Positions 1-11,878 of a DNA stretch of 64,000 bases are shown in pieces (within the stretch, counting starts at the first letter, position 1; every line of letters starts with the position of its first letter). The DNA is from Fonticula alba ATCC 38817 (lineage: Eukaryota > Protista > Nucleariida): the NCBI GenBank assembly GCA_000388065.2, contig KB932201.1. One strand, 5' to 3'. The position numbers were made by a program, and so were the translations under genes. A model generated the notes under the pieces. That model ran no database searches, was not told where the DNA came from, and saw nothing but the letters and a program-made list of their open reading frames with translations.

Positions 1-2640
1 TCGGCTCTGCCGCTGCTCGGGTCCGGGTCCAGCCTGTCGTTGGATGACGGGTCCCAGGTGACGGCCTCCTCCTCCAGCGCTTCCATCGCCATGGCCGGCA
101 CCGGTGTCGGTGCTGCGCCGGCCGCCACCGCTGCTGCCGCTGCATCTGGCACGGCCTCCGGCTCCGGGGGGGAGGCCACCTCCGGGGCCGCCGGTCCCAA
201 CCTCAATTCGACCCTTCGCCTGGCGGAGGGCGGCAAGAGTGTCACCAATGGCTCGGCCCGTTCGGTCAGCCTTAGCATGGGCGTCCGGCCGACGCCCTCC
301 GGGGGCGGCAGCGGCAGCGGGGCCCCAGGCTCGGGACTCAACCTCGGCTGGGGCATCACCAGCTCCCTGTCGGTGGACAGCTTCGATGACCTGCTGAATG
401 GCATTGCCAACACGCCGATCATGGGCCAGCGCGCCGGGCCGGGGGCCCTGCGGCCGGCTTCCGGCTTTGGTCCCTACGATTTGCAGATGTCCTACAGCCA
501 CTCGAGCCACGAGCTGAATGCCCATCCGTCGCTGGCCGGCGGTGCTGGCGGTGCTGGCGGTGGTGCTGGCAGCGCTTCCGGCGACCGATTCATCAAGATG
601 CGCCGGGCGGAGAAACTCCAGGACTTCTTCGGCGACAAGCTCCCCTCGCATGCGCTGGCCGACCAGAAGATCCACCGGCCGGAAAACTTTGCCGCGGTGG
701 ATCTTTCCCGCGAGGACCAGGACTCCACGGATCCGCTGGGCACATCGCACCACCAACAGTCCAAGGCCGGGGCCTCGTCCACGCGCTACCTCGGCCAGTT
801 TGGCCTCTTTGCCGAGGAGGGCGGTGCTGCGGGCGGCTCCGGCTCCGGCGGCGGCTCCGGCGGCCGGGGGCAAAATGTCCTCGGACCACGCGACATCTTG
901 GCCCCGGCACCCACGTCGAACATCCTCACCTCCGAGGAGCGGCGCATCCTCATGAAGCGCTCGCGCAAGTTGAACCGCGTTCTTGGCAATCCCATTGGCG
1001 AGGAGTTCCTCCTGGAAACGGCCACCGCTGCGGCTCTCGCTGCTCAGCAGCAGCCAGCCTCCACGGTCACCGCCGCCGGCGCCGGAAGCACCGATGGCCA
1101 TCATCCCTCTCACCATCGCGGCCCATCGCCCCTCGGGAGCCTTGGCCGTGCCGCCTCCACCGAATCATGCCCCGGCTCGCCGCCGCCCCTGGCCATGTTC
1201 GTTCTCTTTCCCCATGCCGTCTGCCTCCCTTGCCGGGGCCTCCGCGCTTTTTTCCCTCCTCTTCCTCTTCCTCTTCCTCCTCTTGTCTCCACAGCCCTTG
1301 GTTGGTGCCCTTCCTGACCCCTCCCCTTGTTGCTGGTCTCACGATTGCTCCCCTTCTTGCGGCGTCCTGCTCTCGGTCATGTGCTTTTGTCCTACAATGG
1401 CAGGAACGTTCGTCGCAACACCGACCCCCTGGGCCGGACGCTGACACACGAGTCGATTGCCATTTCGGCGTCTGGGATGATCCCGGCCGGGGTGGATGGC
1501 AGCAACCCGGCCACCTACTTCGGCTCGACCACCTCCTTGTCGATGCACCACTCGGCTTCGGCTGGAACCCTGCGCGGGGGGAATTCGCCTGGACCAGACA
1601 TCCTTGGCCATGCGCAAGTTGGTTTGTGTGATTCCCCGGCTGGGGGCTCCTCCTCGATGGGTGGCACCCCGGTGGCCATGGGCCTTCCGCCGGTCACCGG
1701 CACGGGCCAGCACACCGGCTCGCCCACTTCCCTCGCCTCGGGACTGGCGGCCCCGGCCGGTGGCCAGCTGTTGTCGTCGTCTTCCTCACAGCAACTTGGC
1801 TACCTTGCTCCACCAGGCACCATGACCCGGGCCCCCTCGTCGATCATTGTCGGATCCGGCGTGACCACCATCGGCGGGCTGGCGACGCTCCCCTCGCCGG
1901 AGCCCCTGGCCTCGGACTTCCTGTCTTCCCGGCGGAGCACCTTCTTCAGCACCACGCAGGGGCTCGGCTCCGGCATCGGTGGCACTGCCGGGGGGTCTGC
2001 CTCGGCCGGTGGGGCTGGCATTGATGACATCGATGCCGGGGCCCTGCTCATGGCCACCGTGTCCTCGGACGAGGAGGATGATGATCCGTACCAGCGCAAG
2101 GAGTACCGCCTGCGCAAGCTGTCCAAGCTCCAGGAGTTCCTCGGGGAGCGCCTCAACCGACAGCTACTGGAGTCCCAGCAGATCATCCCTCGGCCGCACA
2201 TGTCGCCGGAGGAGCGCCGCGCCCAGCAGAAGCGCCTGCGTAAGTTGGCCAGCGTCTTTGGGCATCATCCCCCCGCTCCGGGGGAAGGACCGACCGATGA
2301 CTTCCCCGCCGATCAGATGGCCTTCCTGCAGGACTCCTCCTCCAGCGGGGATCTGTCAAGTTCGCTGCTCATCCACCCGTCCGATCCGCTGGAAGTGCGC
2401 AATTCCAAGTCCATCCGGGCACTGGCCTTCCTGGTGGACAATCAGGATGACAGTGAGCTGGATGACTTCTTCAAGCGCATTGCCGATCTCGAGCTGGAGG
2501 ATTCATCGTCAGCCGCGGCTGCCGTCGCCACTGCGGATGTCTCCTCGCCGGTGGATCCGGCTCGTGCGCGCCAGGCGCGTCAGAAGAAGTTGAAGAAGCT
2601 TCAGCGTTTCTTCGGTGAGACCTTCAGTGAAGAGGTGATG
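1..2640 (+). CDS. Unknown Ser/Gly/Ala-rich protein with five short basic helical repeats (KLQxFFG and EERRxxxKRxRKLxxVxG); 5'-partial, 3' end unresolved
   Basis: Frame 1 is open from base 1. Exon to 1196, intron 1197-1403 (GTTCGT..CAG, phase 2 on both sides), exon 1404-2640, then donor GTATGT at 2641. Codons are strongly C/G-ending. The next exon is either 3801-3971 (phase 0, ends in stop) or 3973 onward leading to 4246-5161. Confidence 0.75.
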
Positions 2641-3678
2641 GTATGTATTTTCCCCCGGTCTCCTTCTTTCTCTCTCTCTCTCCCCCCCCCTCTCTCTCTC
2701 TCCCCACCGGTGCCACACGTTTTTGCCCACTTCCCTCCCGTCGTCCTCCCTCTCAGGGGGAAGGGAGGGCGGCGGTTCTGCGTGGCTGCTGGTTTCTCTT
2801 TTCCCTCCCTTTCCAAAGTTTTCTCTTCTTCCTCCATCTTCCTTTGTTGGGTTTCCTCCTTCCCCTCCTTCCCCTCCTCCCCCCATCTGCCTCTTTCCTC
2901 TTTTCCGCATGACCTTCGTATCACCTTTCGTCGTCTTCCTGTCGTCCCGCGAGATTGTAGTCACTTGGCCTGTGGACGTGTGAGTATGTATGTATGTGCG
3001 TGCGTGCGTGTGTGCGTGTGTGCGTGTGTGCGTGTGTGCGTGTGCGTGTGTCTGCGTCTGTGTCTGCAGGCACATATGCATGTTGAAATGATCGCAAGCG
3101 TCAAGTGGGCGTTTGCTTTCCTGTGTGCCAATGTGCGGCCACATTGCGTTATTTATGTGTAAGTGTGGGCGGGCGCATTGTGTGTCTGAGCGCAAGCATC
3201 CGTGGCATCATATGCAGAGCCTGCTCGGCGAGACATCGTGTTGAATTCTGGCCATGTGCGAACGATGTCTTCTGCTGCAGCCCCTGGCTCCTGCTATGTG
3301 CCTGGGTGCCAGAATGCGATGTACCTATCCCCGCTGGCCTCGCAGAGAGAAAAAAAGAGGAAGACAGAGAGAGAGAGAAAGTGAGAGATAGTTGGAGAGA
3401 GAGAGAGGGCGCGAGCACACGCACGCGATCTTTCCTCCTCCATATGGGGAGTATGCTGAGAGTGCCCGGTTGTGCGTGCCCGCCTGTTTAGTTGTCGGCC
3501 TCTGGCTGATGGCCAGGTCCCTTTCGGACTTTTGCTGTGCTGTGCCGACTGCTCGGGCAAATGATCCTGCGGTTGACTTGCTTCCCTCTCCTCTTCCCTC
3601 TCCTCTCCTCTCTCTCTCTCTCTCTTTCCGTCTTTCCTCATATCCCCCTCCTGTTGTCCGGCGAAGAGTGACGCCTGT

Positions 3679-3736
<58 letters not shown>

Positions 3737-4245
3737 GCCAGTTGTGATATGCATTTCTCACAAGACCCACTGCGCCTCTGCCTGCTTCTCTCCTGGCCAG
3801 GTTGTTGCCGCTGCCCAGCCATCATCGAGTCACACCGTCACTCTGTCGCTACACCATGCCAGCCCATCAGCCGGGAGGGTGCCGATCCCCCTTGTCATCT
3901 CTTCCTCGACATGCGGTTTCGACGGTCTCCCTCCCGGGATCACCTCTCCCGAGGTGGAGACATCTCCCTGAGATGACGCGCCCTCCAAAGGGGCGTCGCC
4001 TCTCCTCCACCCCCGCCAACCTTGTGCGGAAGGACATGGGAGAACGTCTGTGGGCGTGTGGTTCTCTCACCCTTCGCTTGAAAGGGGGGAATTGGCTGAT
4101 TGGGGCCGCGACCGTGATGGCGACTGGGCAGCAACACGACTGCGCATCCTCTCCCCCTCCTTATCCCTCCTTCTCCCTCCTTCTCCCTCCCCCCTCCTTC
4201 CCCCCTCCCTCCCCCCTCCCTCCCCTTCCTCCACTCAAGCGGTAG

Positions 4246-5161
4246 ATTGACATTCTCCGGGTTCTTCCCGCTTTCTCCGAAGAACAAGTACAATCTCTTC
4301 GAAAACATTACTCAGACCATCGCCCGGACGATGGAGACCGCCAGCGGCGCCGATGCCCAGGCCATTCTCGAGGACATGGAGGATCTCAAGGTCCGGGTGA
4401 TCCGACGCCTCAGCATCGCCTCGTCGCAGCACAATTCCTCCAACGAGACCACATCCTTGGCGGGCTCCTACAAGTCGTCGGCCCTGTCGGCCGCCGCCTT
4501 GACCGACACGTCCCTGGAGACGTGTGCTCTTCTTTCAGACCCCGATTATCGGACTCTCGCATCGGAGGATAACCACCGGCGGACATCCAGTCAGGCCCCC
4601 CCCTCGCCGCATCCCTTCCCCCCAGCTCGCCGGCGCCCACTCCCCCTGGCGGATGATGCCAGCAGCGTGGCCTGCAAGTGCGGCACTCTCTATCGCGATG
4701 GCAGCACCTCGGATGGCGGGGCCGCCCGGTGTGTGGCCTGCGGCCCTGCTTCGGGTCCGGGGGCGGTCGTCACCGGCACCGGAGCCGGCAGCGACCGCGG
4801 GCCGGTGTCCCACAACGGCGGCGGCGGCGGCGGCACCACCAGTGTCACCTCCGGCGATGAGGGGGACCTGGATGCGGCCGGCGCCTCGGGCGTGGCCACC
4901 GTGGCCCGCCACCCCTCGACCGGCTGCTCGGCATCCTCCCTGTCGCACTTGGACGCCGCGTCGGCCCTCTCGCCCGATCGCCGCCCGCGTGTGCACTCCC
5001 CCGCCGGCGCCGGCTCCACGATGGCCAGCTTGACGTCCGATATCCCCAGCGACATGGCCGACTCCTTCGATGGCGGCATTTCCTCCTCCTCGCTCGGTGA
5101 CCTCGATGGTGATGCGGATTTCGAGGATGCCACCTCTGATTCGACGGACAGTGATGTTTGA
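4246..5161 (+). CDS. Coding exon or ORF, Ser/Asp-rich with a CxC..CxxC motif; probable terminal exon of the preceding gene or a separate gene
   Basis: Open frame 4247-5161 with host-like codon bias, preceded by a polypyrimidine tract and TAG (4243-4245). It ends in an acidic tail and TGA. Confidence 0.55.
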
Positions 5162-7661
5162 CATCGGGGGGTCCTTCCTTCCCTCCCTCCCCCTCCCCCC
5201 TTCCCCCCCCCCCTCTCTCTCTCTCTCATGCGACGGCAGGAGCGACCACGTGCGGCGTGCGTGTGTTGATCTGCGCTGCGTGGGTCGGCGTGTATGTGCA
5301 TATCTGCAAGCAAGCGCAGGAGCAGCATTGCCCTTCTTTGCCCCGTCTCCCCTCTCCCCTCCCCTCCCCCTCCTTTGCTTCTTTCCTCTCCGCGCCACAC
5401 ATGCACGCACGACGCACAGACACGCCAGTCGCCCTTCTTGTGAACCCTTTCCCCCGGACGATGTCCTGTCGATCGTGCCTGTGCGCGCATGCGCATATAG
5501 GCCCGTCCTTGTGATTTCTCGACCCCTTGAGAGGTCTTCTCCCCCCCCCCCTCCCCCTTTCGCTGTCGCTTCCTCTCTTCTCGCCCACTTCTCCTGATAA
5601 GACGCTTCTCATGTGTGCCTCCTCGGCCAAAGATCTGCGACTTCGACTCAGGAATAAAACTCTCACATTTGCCTTCGTCTTCGTGGGGCATGGGAAAATG
5701 TCACAAACATGGCAGCGCGCGCGCGCGCGCACGCGCTCGCACGGCAGGAGGGGCGGGGACATGACGCAGGCACATGCGGCTGCTCTCCGCTGGGTCTGGC
5801 CCTTTCTCCGGCTATTTTCCGACAACGACACCAGCCCCTCGGTCCGGGTGCTGACTCCCGGCAGCCCGCCTCCCGGTTGTTTGCGTCGGGCGCCACTTGT
5901 GCCTTGCATCGGGCCAGGAACTGGCGCCGTGTCCCCCGGGCGGCCGCACATTCCGGCACAAAGAGGCAACATGGCACCGGGGGGCGTGTGTTGCTTTTGT
6001 TTGCGGTTTGTCCCTCGTGTTGTCTTTTGGCGGCGCGACAGGAAAAAGTGTGGGAACTCGCGCCAGGCCAATCACATGTGACATCGCATGACCATGCTCC
6101 CATTCGGGCAATTGGTGTTGGAGCAGGGTTGTTGGCGATCTTGTGGCCAGCCCCCTTGCCCAATGGGGGGGGGCGCGCGCAGGCAGGGAAGTCGAGGCCT
6201 GGGGTCAGCGTGAGAGGGCCACGGTCGGCCCCCGGCCCACGCCCGGCCCCCTTGATCTCTCCCTGAGACTCGGCAACCGGTTGCCCGTCCAGACAACAGC
6301 CCCGTAGCCAGTGGGATGGGGCGCGCGAGGCCGCGGGCGAGGCGGACCTGGGCCAATTTTCGGGCGCATCGATGTGTCCCCAGCATTGGCCAGGACATGT
6401 GTGAGAGAGAGAGAGAGAGGGCGCGCGAGGTGTGTTCTCACAAATGTGTGACCGGTTCCCGGCGCTGGCGCGAGGCGCCGGGCCCGAGCGTCCCCCCCCC
6501 CCCCCTCCCCCCGCCGCCCCGGCAACTTCCTCCGGAGCCAGGCGAGTGGTAATGCAATTGGCCACTAACCCAGAGCAGGTGGAGGCTGCCACAGGGAGCG
6601 CAGGGGCCTCCGGGCGTCGGAGGAAGGCCGGGAGGCCCGCCCCTGGGCAGGGACGAGTTACATCCCTGCCGGTTTGGTGATATTAGTGCGTCTTCGGGTC
6701 CGGGGATGTTTGCGGACGCGGTGGCGCATGTTGTCCCCCTCCCGCCCCCCGGGGGGGGGGGGGAACCGCCCTGGGTGCATGCGCTGTTTACAGATCCCCA
6801 TAGGTGAGTGTGTCCCGAAAAGCGCGCACCGATGAAAGGGTGCGGAGCCTGCGTGGGAGCTGGTTTTACGTACAAAGAAGGCACATACACACACACACAC
6901 ACATGCACACGCACCGTGCCTCCTCTTTGACCGAGTGTTGGCTGGGCGTCCCCCGGCGGCGCAAGCTCCTTCGCGGTAGGGGCACAATTTTTCGAGGCTC
7001 TCAGGAATGCGCCCCCAGGGTATGGGGCTTCACCGGGACCCGCCTGGAAGGCGCGTTGTGCGATGATCGTGCCCCGGTCGTGTGCCCTCGCCGCCTCGTT
7101 TGCCGGCTCATCAGGGGTACCCCCCCCCCTCTCCCCGGTTCGGACTGCCCGTGTTGGTCGGGCCGCGGGAAAGGGTGCTGTCTCTCACGCGAGCGCTTGG
7201 GCGCGCGGTGAAGTTTCCCCTTCAGGAGTTGGATGTCGGCAGTCCGGTTCCCTGGAAGGCTGCCAGCCTCTCGGTCACAGCACATATTAGTACGCTCCCA
7301 TGTGCGCGAGTGGGCGTGTGGACATGCTTGCGTGAGGGCGTGCGTGTGCGTGCCCCCGAGCCCGGGTCCGGGCGCCCTGATTGACAGGGGGATTCCCCCA
7401 CCAGGAGCGTCACCCCCATTTCGGCATCGGTTGCTGCGAGTGTGCTTCGGCAAGGGGCGGGGGCGGGGGCGGGAGCGAGGGCCGGGGGCGGGGGCGGGGG
7501 CCGGGGCGGGCGGAAAGGAATCGAAACCAGATGGGTCCGCGCCCGGGCGGAGGACCTCCCAGGCCCGGCGGCCTCCTGAGTGGGCTTGCCTGCTTGCGCG
7601 CCCCCCCGTCCCTGCCCCCTGACGCACAGAGCCCCAAGCGGCTGGCCCAAGCGCGGAGTCC

Positions 7662-7668
7662 TATAAAA
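7662..7668 (+). promoter_or_regulatory. TATA box of the small Pro/Tyr-rich gene
   Basis: TATAAAA in very GC-rich surroundings, about 125 nt upstream of CCACC-ATG at 7791. Confidence 0.55.
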
Positions 7669-7790
7669 GAAACACCGGCGGGGGCGTGTCGTGGTCGATG
7701 GTTCGACAGCTTGCCCCGATCGCATCAACTTCCCCCTCTTCAGCGCCCCCGTCTCTCCCCTCCCCCCCCCCCCCCTCCAGCTCGTCCACC

Positions 7791-8144
7791 ATGTACCCCA
7801 ACTACCCTCCTCCCCATGGCTACCCCCACGGCCACGGCTACCCCCCGGGTGCCGGCTACGCTCCCCCTCCCGGTACCGGCTACCCCCCGACTGTTGGCTT
7901 CCAGCCGGTTGGTGCCCCCCCGCCGCCGGTGTACGGCGCTCCGGTCCATGCGTACCCCGCCCCGCCGCCGGTTGTCGTGACCACCTCCCGCTACCCGGCC
8001 CCCCCGCCGACTGTCGTCTACACCAGCCCGGCCCCGGTCACCTACACCACCGGCTACCCTGTCGCTGGTCCCTGCTACACCACCACCACCACCTACATCA
8101 AGCCCTCCAAGCACCACCGCTACCCCCCCTGCGGTCGCTACTAA
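7791..8144 (+). CDS. Small intronless Pro/Tyr/Gly-rich protein, 117 aa (MYPNYPPPHGYPHGHGYPPGAGY...PPCGRY)
   Basis: Strong Kozak context CCACCATG, almost exclusively C-ending codons, TAA at 8142-8144, upstream TATA. Confidence 0.8.
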   Translation: MYPNYPPPHGYPHGHGYPPGAGYAPPPGTGYPPTVGFQPVGAPPPPVYGAPVHAYPAPPPVVVTTSRYPAPPPTVVYTSPAPVTYTTGYPVAGPCYTTTTTYIKPSKHHRYPPCGRY

Positions 8145-8961
8145 GTGCATGTAGGGCAAGCGGGTGAGAGTGTTGCTCCCCCCCCCCCCTCTGAGAGCGA
8201 GTGTGTGTGTGTGTGAGAGAGAGAGAGATAGTGCCTCCCTCCGTGCCTCTCTCTCTCTGTGTCTCATCACACCATCCCTTGGGGGTTTGTCCGTCACATC
8301 ATGTTACACCACCTCGTCCATTCCATGGTGGCGTCTGGCAGTGGGAAAGGATGCTCCCTTGCCTGCCTTTCGCTGTCTTTTGTAACCCCTCCCCCCAAGT
8401 GTGACACTCAAGGGGCCGGGATGGACAAAGGAGCAGGGTGTATGCCCGCCTGTGTACTATATATCCCCCCTCCGATGTGCGAGGCCTTTCCCTGTGTGTT
8501 GCCAGTTCCTCCCCTCTTTCTCTCTCCCCCTCCCCCCCCCCCTCTCTCTCCCCCTTGCTCCATGCGCCTGTGAAGAGGTGTCTTTTCCCTCTCGAGAAAA
8601 ATAATAAAAACATACAAATCCTCCGCCGTTCCATCGTGCTTCCCCTTTTTTTAGTCTTGTTCGTGCTTATTTTTTCCCCTCCCTCCGCTGCCCACTTCAC
8701 AAATGGAGCACGCCTCATTTGCACCGAGGCAAAACACGCACCAAATCCACCGACCCACCCCTCCCGCTCGAACTCACGCCCGCCCGTCGACCGTGCCATC
8801 TACAAGTGTGGATCTGTCTGTGGGAGTTGCTTGCCGCGCCCGGTGTGACAGTATGCGTGTTGGTTCGCCTCTCCGCCCGAGCCACTTGAAACCCATCCAT
8901 ACCCATGTTCCTCTGCCCTCCTCTCTTTCCCTCCCTCTCTCTTTCTATCAAACAATTCTAT

Positions 8962-10487
8962 TCAAACGGGCATCTGAGATGCTTGCAGCTGAGCATCGGC
9001 AACGCCGACAGTCGCCTCCTGCAGCGGGGGAGCCGGATGTCCATGCCCCTCGTCGAAGGAGTTGGCCACTGGGGGGATGGGCCCGTTGGTCTTGGGCAAC
9101 TCCGACATGGTGGGGTCCACTTGGTTGGCGCCGGGCAGCATCTGGTCGAAGATGGACAGGGCGAACTTCTGACAGACGGCCTTGGCAAACTGCACACCAC
9201 GGTGGGAGTTCCCCCGGGCGTCCAGGCGCGGAGACCACACAGCCAAACCCATCACCTTCATACATGGACGTGCAAGCGAGCCCAAGGGCGTGTGGGCGTG
9301 TGGGCGTGTGCATGTGTGAGAGAGAAAGAAAAGGAGCGAAAGAGGACGGAAGAACCCCCAAGCAGAGGCGGGGTGCGGCTTGAATGCATGTGCATGAGGG
9401 GAGGCCCTGGCCACGGGGCAGAAATGAGGAAAGACGCACGTTTGGCACACAAATGAAGATGGCCCCGGAGACCCCACTCTTGGCTGGCAGGCCGGTGGTG
9501 CAAGCCCACTCGCCCGATGAGTCGTACATGCCGCAGGAAAGCAGCAACTGCAAGCAGGACTTCGTCGTCTCCTGGGAGATGACGCGCCTGCGAGTGCCAG
9601 ACCATGGGCGAGGCAAAGGAGAGGGACAGGCGCGGTTAGATATTCCACCGAAATGGACGCCCCGACGCGGGAGGGACACCGAGATAAATGCTCCCACACG
9701 ACCCCCCCCGCTCAAAGGAAACGCACTCGCAGGTGAGCGGCGACACCCCGCCGTTGCTCAGGGTCGAGGCCATGGCTGCCAGAGTGCGCACGTCCACTTC
9801 CAGAGCACACGCGCGCAGGTACAGCTCAAGGGTGGCCTTTACGTCGGCATTCTCGGGAAGGGCACCGACACTTTTCTGTCAGTTGGAAGAGGGAGCCGAG
9901 GGTACGGGGAGGTCGAGAGGAAGACAGACGAGGAAAGAGCGACAAAAAGGCAGAGGGGGGGAGGGGGGGGGGGCACACCTTCGGNNNNNNNNNNNNNNNN
10001 NNNNNNNNNNNNNNNNNNNNNNNNNNNNNNNNNNNNNNNNNNNNNNNNNNNNNNNNNNNNNNNNNNNNNNNNNNNNNNNNNNNNNNNNNNNNNNNNNNNN
10101 NNNNNNNNNNNNNNNNNNNNNNNNNNNNNNNNNNNNNNNNNNNNNNNNNNNNNNNNNNNNNNNNNNNNNNNNNNNNNNNNNNNNNNNNNNNNNNNNNNNN
10201 NNNNNNNNNNNNNNNNNNNNNNNNNNNNNNNNNNNNNNNNNNNNNNNNNNNNNNNGCGACAAAAAGGCAGAGGGGGGGAGGGGGGGGGGGGGGGAACGGG
10301 GACTGTCGCCAAAGGGAAAAACCGCCAAACCCCAGAAGGGGGGCCCCGGGGGAAACCTGAAGGGGGGGGGGGGCCAATTTCGCACCAGCCGCCCGGGGTC
10401 CGGCCGGGAAACCGGGCGGGTTGAGGGGGGGGGAGCCCAACCACGGGTGGGGTTAAAGGGCCGGAGGAGCCGGCGCACGGTCAGCAA

Positions 10488-10529
<42 letters not shown>

Positions 10530-11878
10530 CGGGGGCGCGTGGGAGAGAGGGGGGGGAGAGAGGGGGGGGGGAGGGGGGGGATGGGAAACAGAAACACCGT
10601 GACGGAAATGGGCGGCGAGGAGGGGGGGGGTGGGGGGGGGGCGCACTGGAAAGTGTCGATGATGTAGTGGATGCGCCTGGAGGAGCGCCAGTTCGACCGG
10701 ATCAACGAATGGGCCGTGATGGCCCCGGCATTGATCATCGGGTTGTGCGGCAGACCGTGACGATTGAGAGCGAAGGCATTGAACCGCGCGCCGCTCGGCT
10801 CCCGGCCGATGTGCCGGTGCACCGCCTCGAGACCGTTCTCCTGGGCCGCCAGGCAATAGGCGAAGGGCTTGCAGGTGGATTGCATGGAAAAGACATTCTG
10901 GTAATCGCCATAGGCAAAGCGCTGGCCATCGACACTGCAAATGGCAAAGGCCAGCTTGTCGGGATCCGCCTGTGCCAGGGCCGGGATGTAGGACGCCACT
11001 TGGCCATATGTGTCGTGGCGGACGGACTCCAGGCACTCGATCAGATCCTCGCAGAACTCCGCGAAGGAGGGCAGCACCAGTGCCCCGCGCAGGGCCCGCG
11101 CCAGGAGCGACTCCGGCTGAAAGGTTTGCAAAACGAAGAAAGCCACGAGGCCAATCTGGGAGGGGGAGAGGGGGGGGGGGGGGGGACCGGGAGCCGAGGG
11201 TGAGCGATTGGCACGGGCCAGGGGGGAGGGGGGGGGGGGGAGACCAACCCCATCAGGCGGGCAGTGACACATGCAACGCNNNNNNNNNNGACCAACCCCA
11301 TCAGGCGGGCAGTGACACATGCAACGCACCAGGCCATTTTCACCGACCAGCTCATACACACGCTCCTGTAGGGTGGGCGCCTGGTTGGTGGCATTTGCCC
11401 CGGGCCCCGGGGCCTGACGCCCGGCGGCGAGCCCCGGCGGCATGGTATGATCGAAGGACAACGAGGCCGGGATGCGGGTGGACTGGTGATCGCGCGTCTC
11501 GGCCGGGTCCAGCCCCGAGCGGATCAGGAAATCAAACACCCAGTCCGGGTGCAACGCCGGCGGCTCTTCCTCACTTGGCAGAGGAACACTGCCGGCTGAT
11601 ACCTTCATCGGCACGCCGATGTACGTATGATAGATGGCATTGAAGGAGGTGCGGATCTACCAAAAAGGGAAGGTCGAGTGCGAGCGTGAGCACCAGCGCG
11701 AGCACCAGATTGAGGCCCAGTCGCAAGCCCATGGCCGAGCGGCCGCTTTCAAAAGACGCACCTGGTCCAGGGAGGGGGCCTTGCAGGCCGGTGGGTCGCT
11801 GATGTTGACGCTGACAGGCCGGTTGGTTGACCGGCTGGTCGAGGCGGACCCGGATGACCGATCGAACATGCGGCTCAT
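8962..11878 (-). CDS. GLS: Glutaminase (beta-lactamase-fold, GLS/GlsA family) with an N-terminal extension and no C-terminal ankyrin repeats
   Basis: Exons 11878-11762, 11656-11330, 11155-10647, [one exon in the N gap], 9875-9727, 9587-9440, 9255-8962. Motifs: GQVASYIPALA, catalytic S-x-x-K in SMQSTCKPF, PHNPMINAGAI, CGMYDSSGEW, GLPAKSGVSG, WSPRLDARGNS. Confidence 0.93.

Noticed and set aside
6564-6570. CTAACCC, a possible telomerase RNA template
   Set aside because: Only 7 nt, lacks the 1.5-repeat template (CTAACCCTAA) and any supporting structure.
9939-10600. Repeated GCGACAAAAAGGCAGAGGGG either side of the gap, plus G-run-rich sequence
   Set aside because: Contig-end overlap and low-quality read tail; not a biological repeat.
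11241-11328. 38-nt direct repeat GACCAACCCCATCAGGCGGGCAGTGACACATGCAACGC around a 10-N gap
   Set aside because: Overlapping contig ends across a gap inside a glutaminase intron; assembly artefact.
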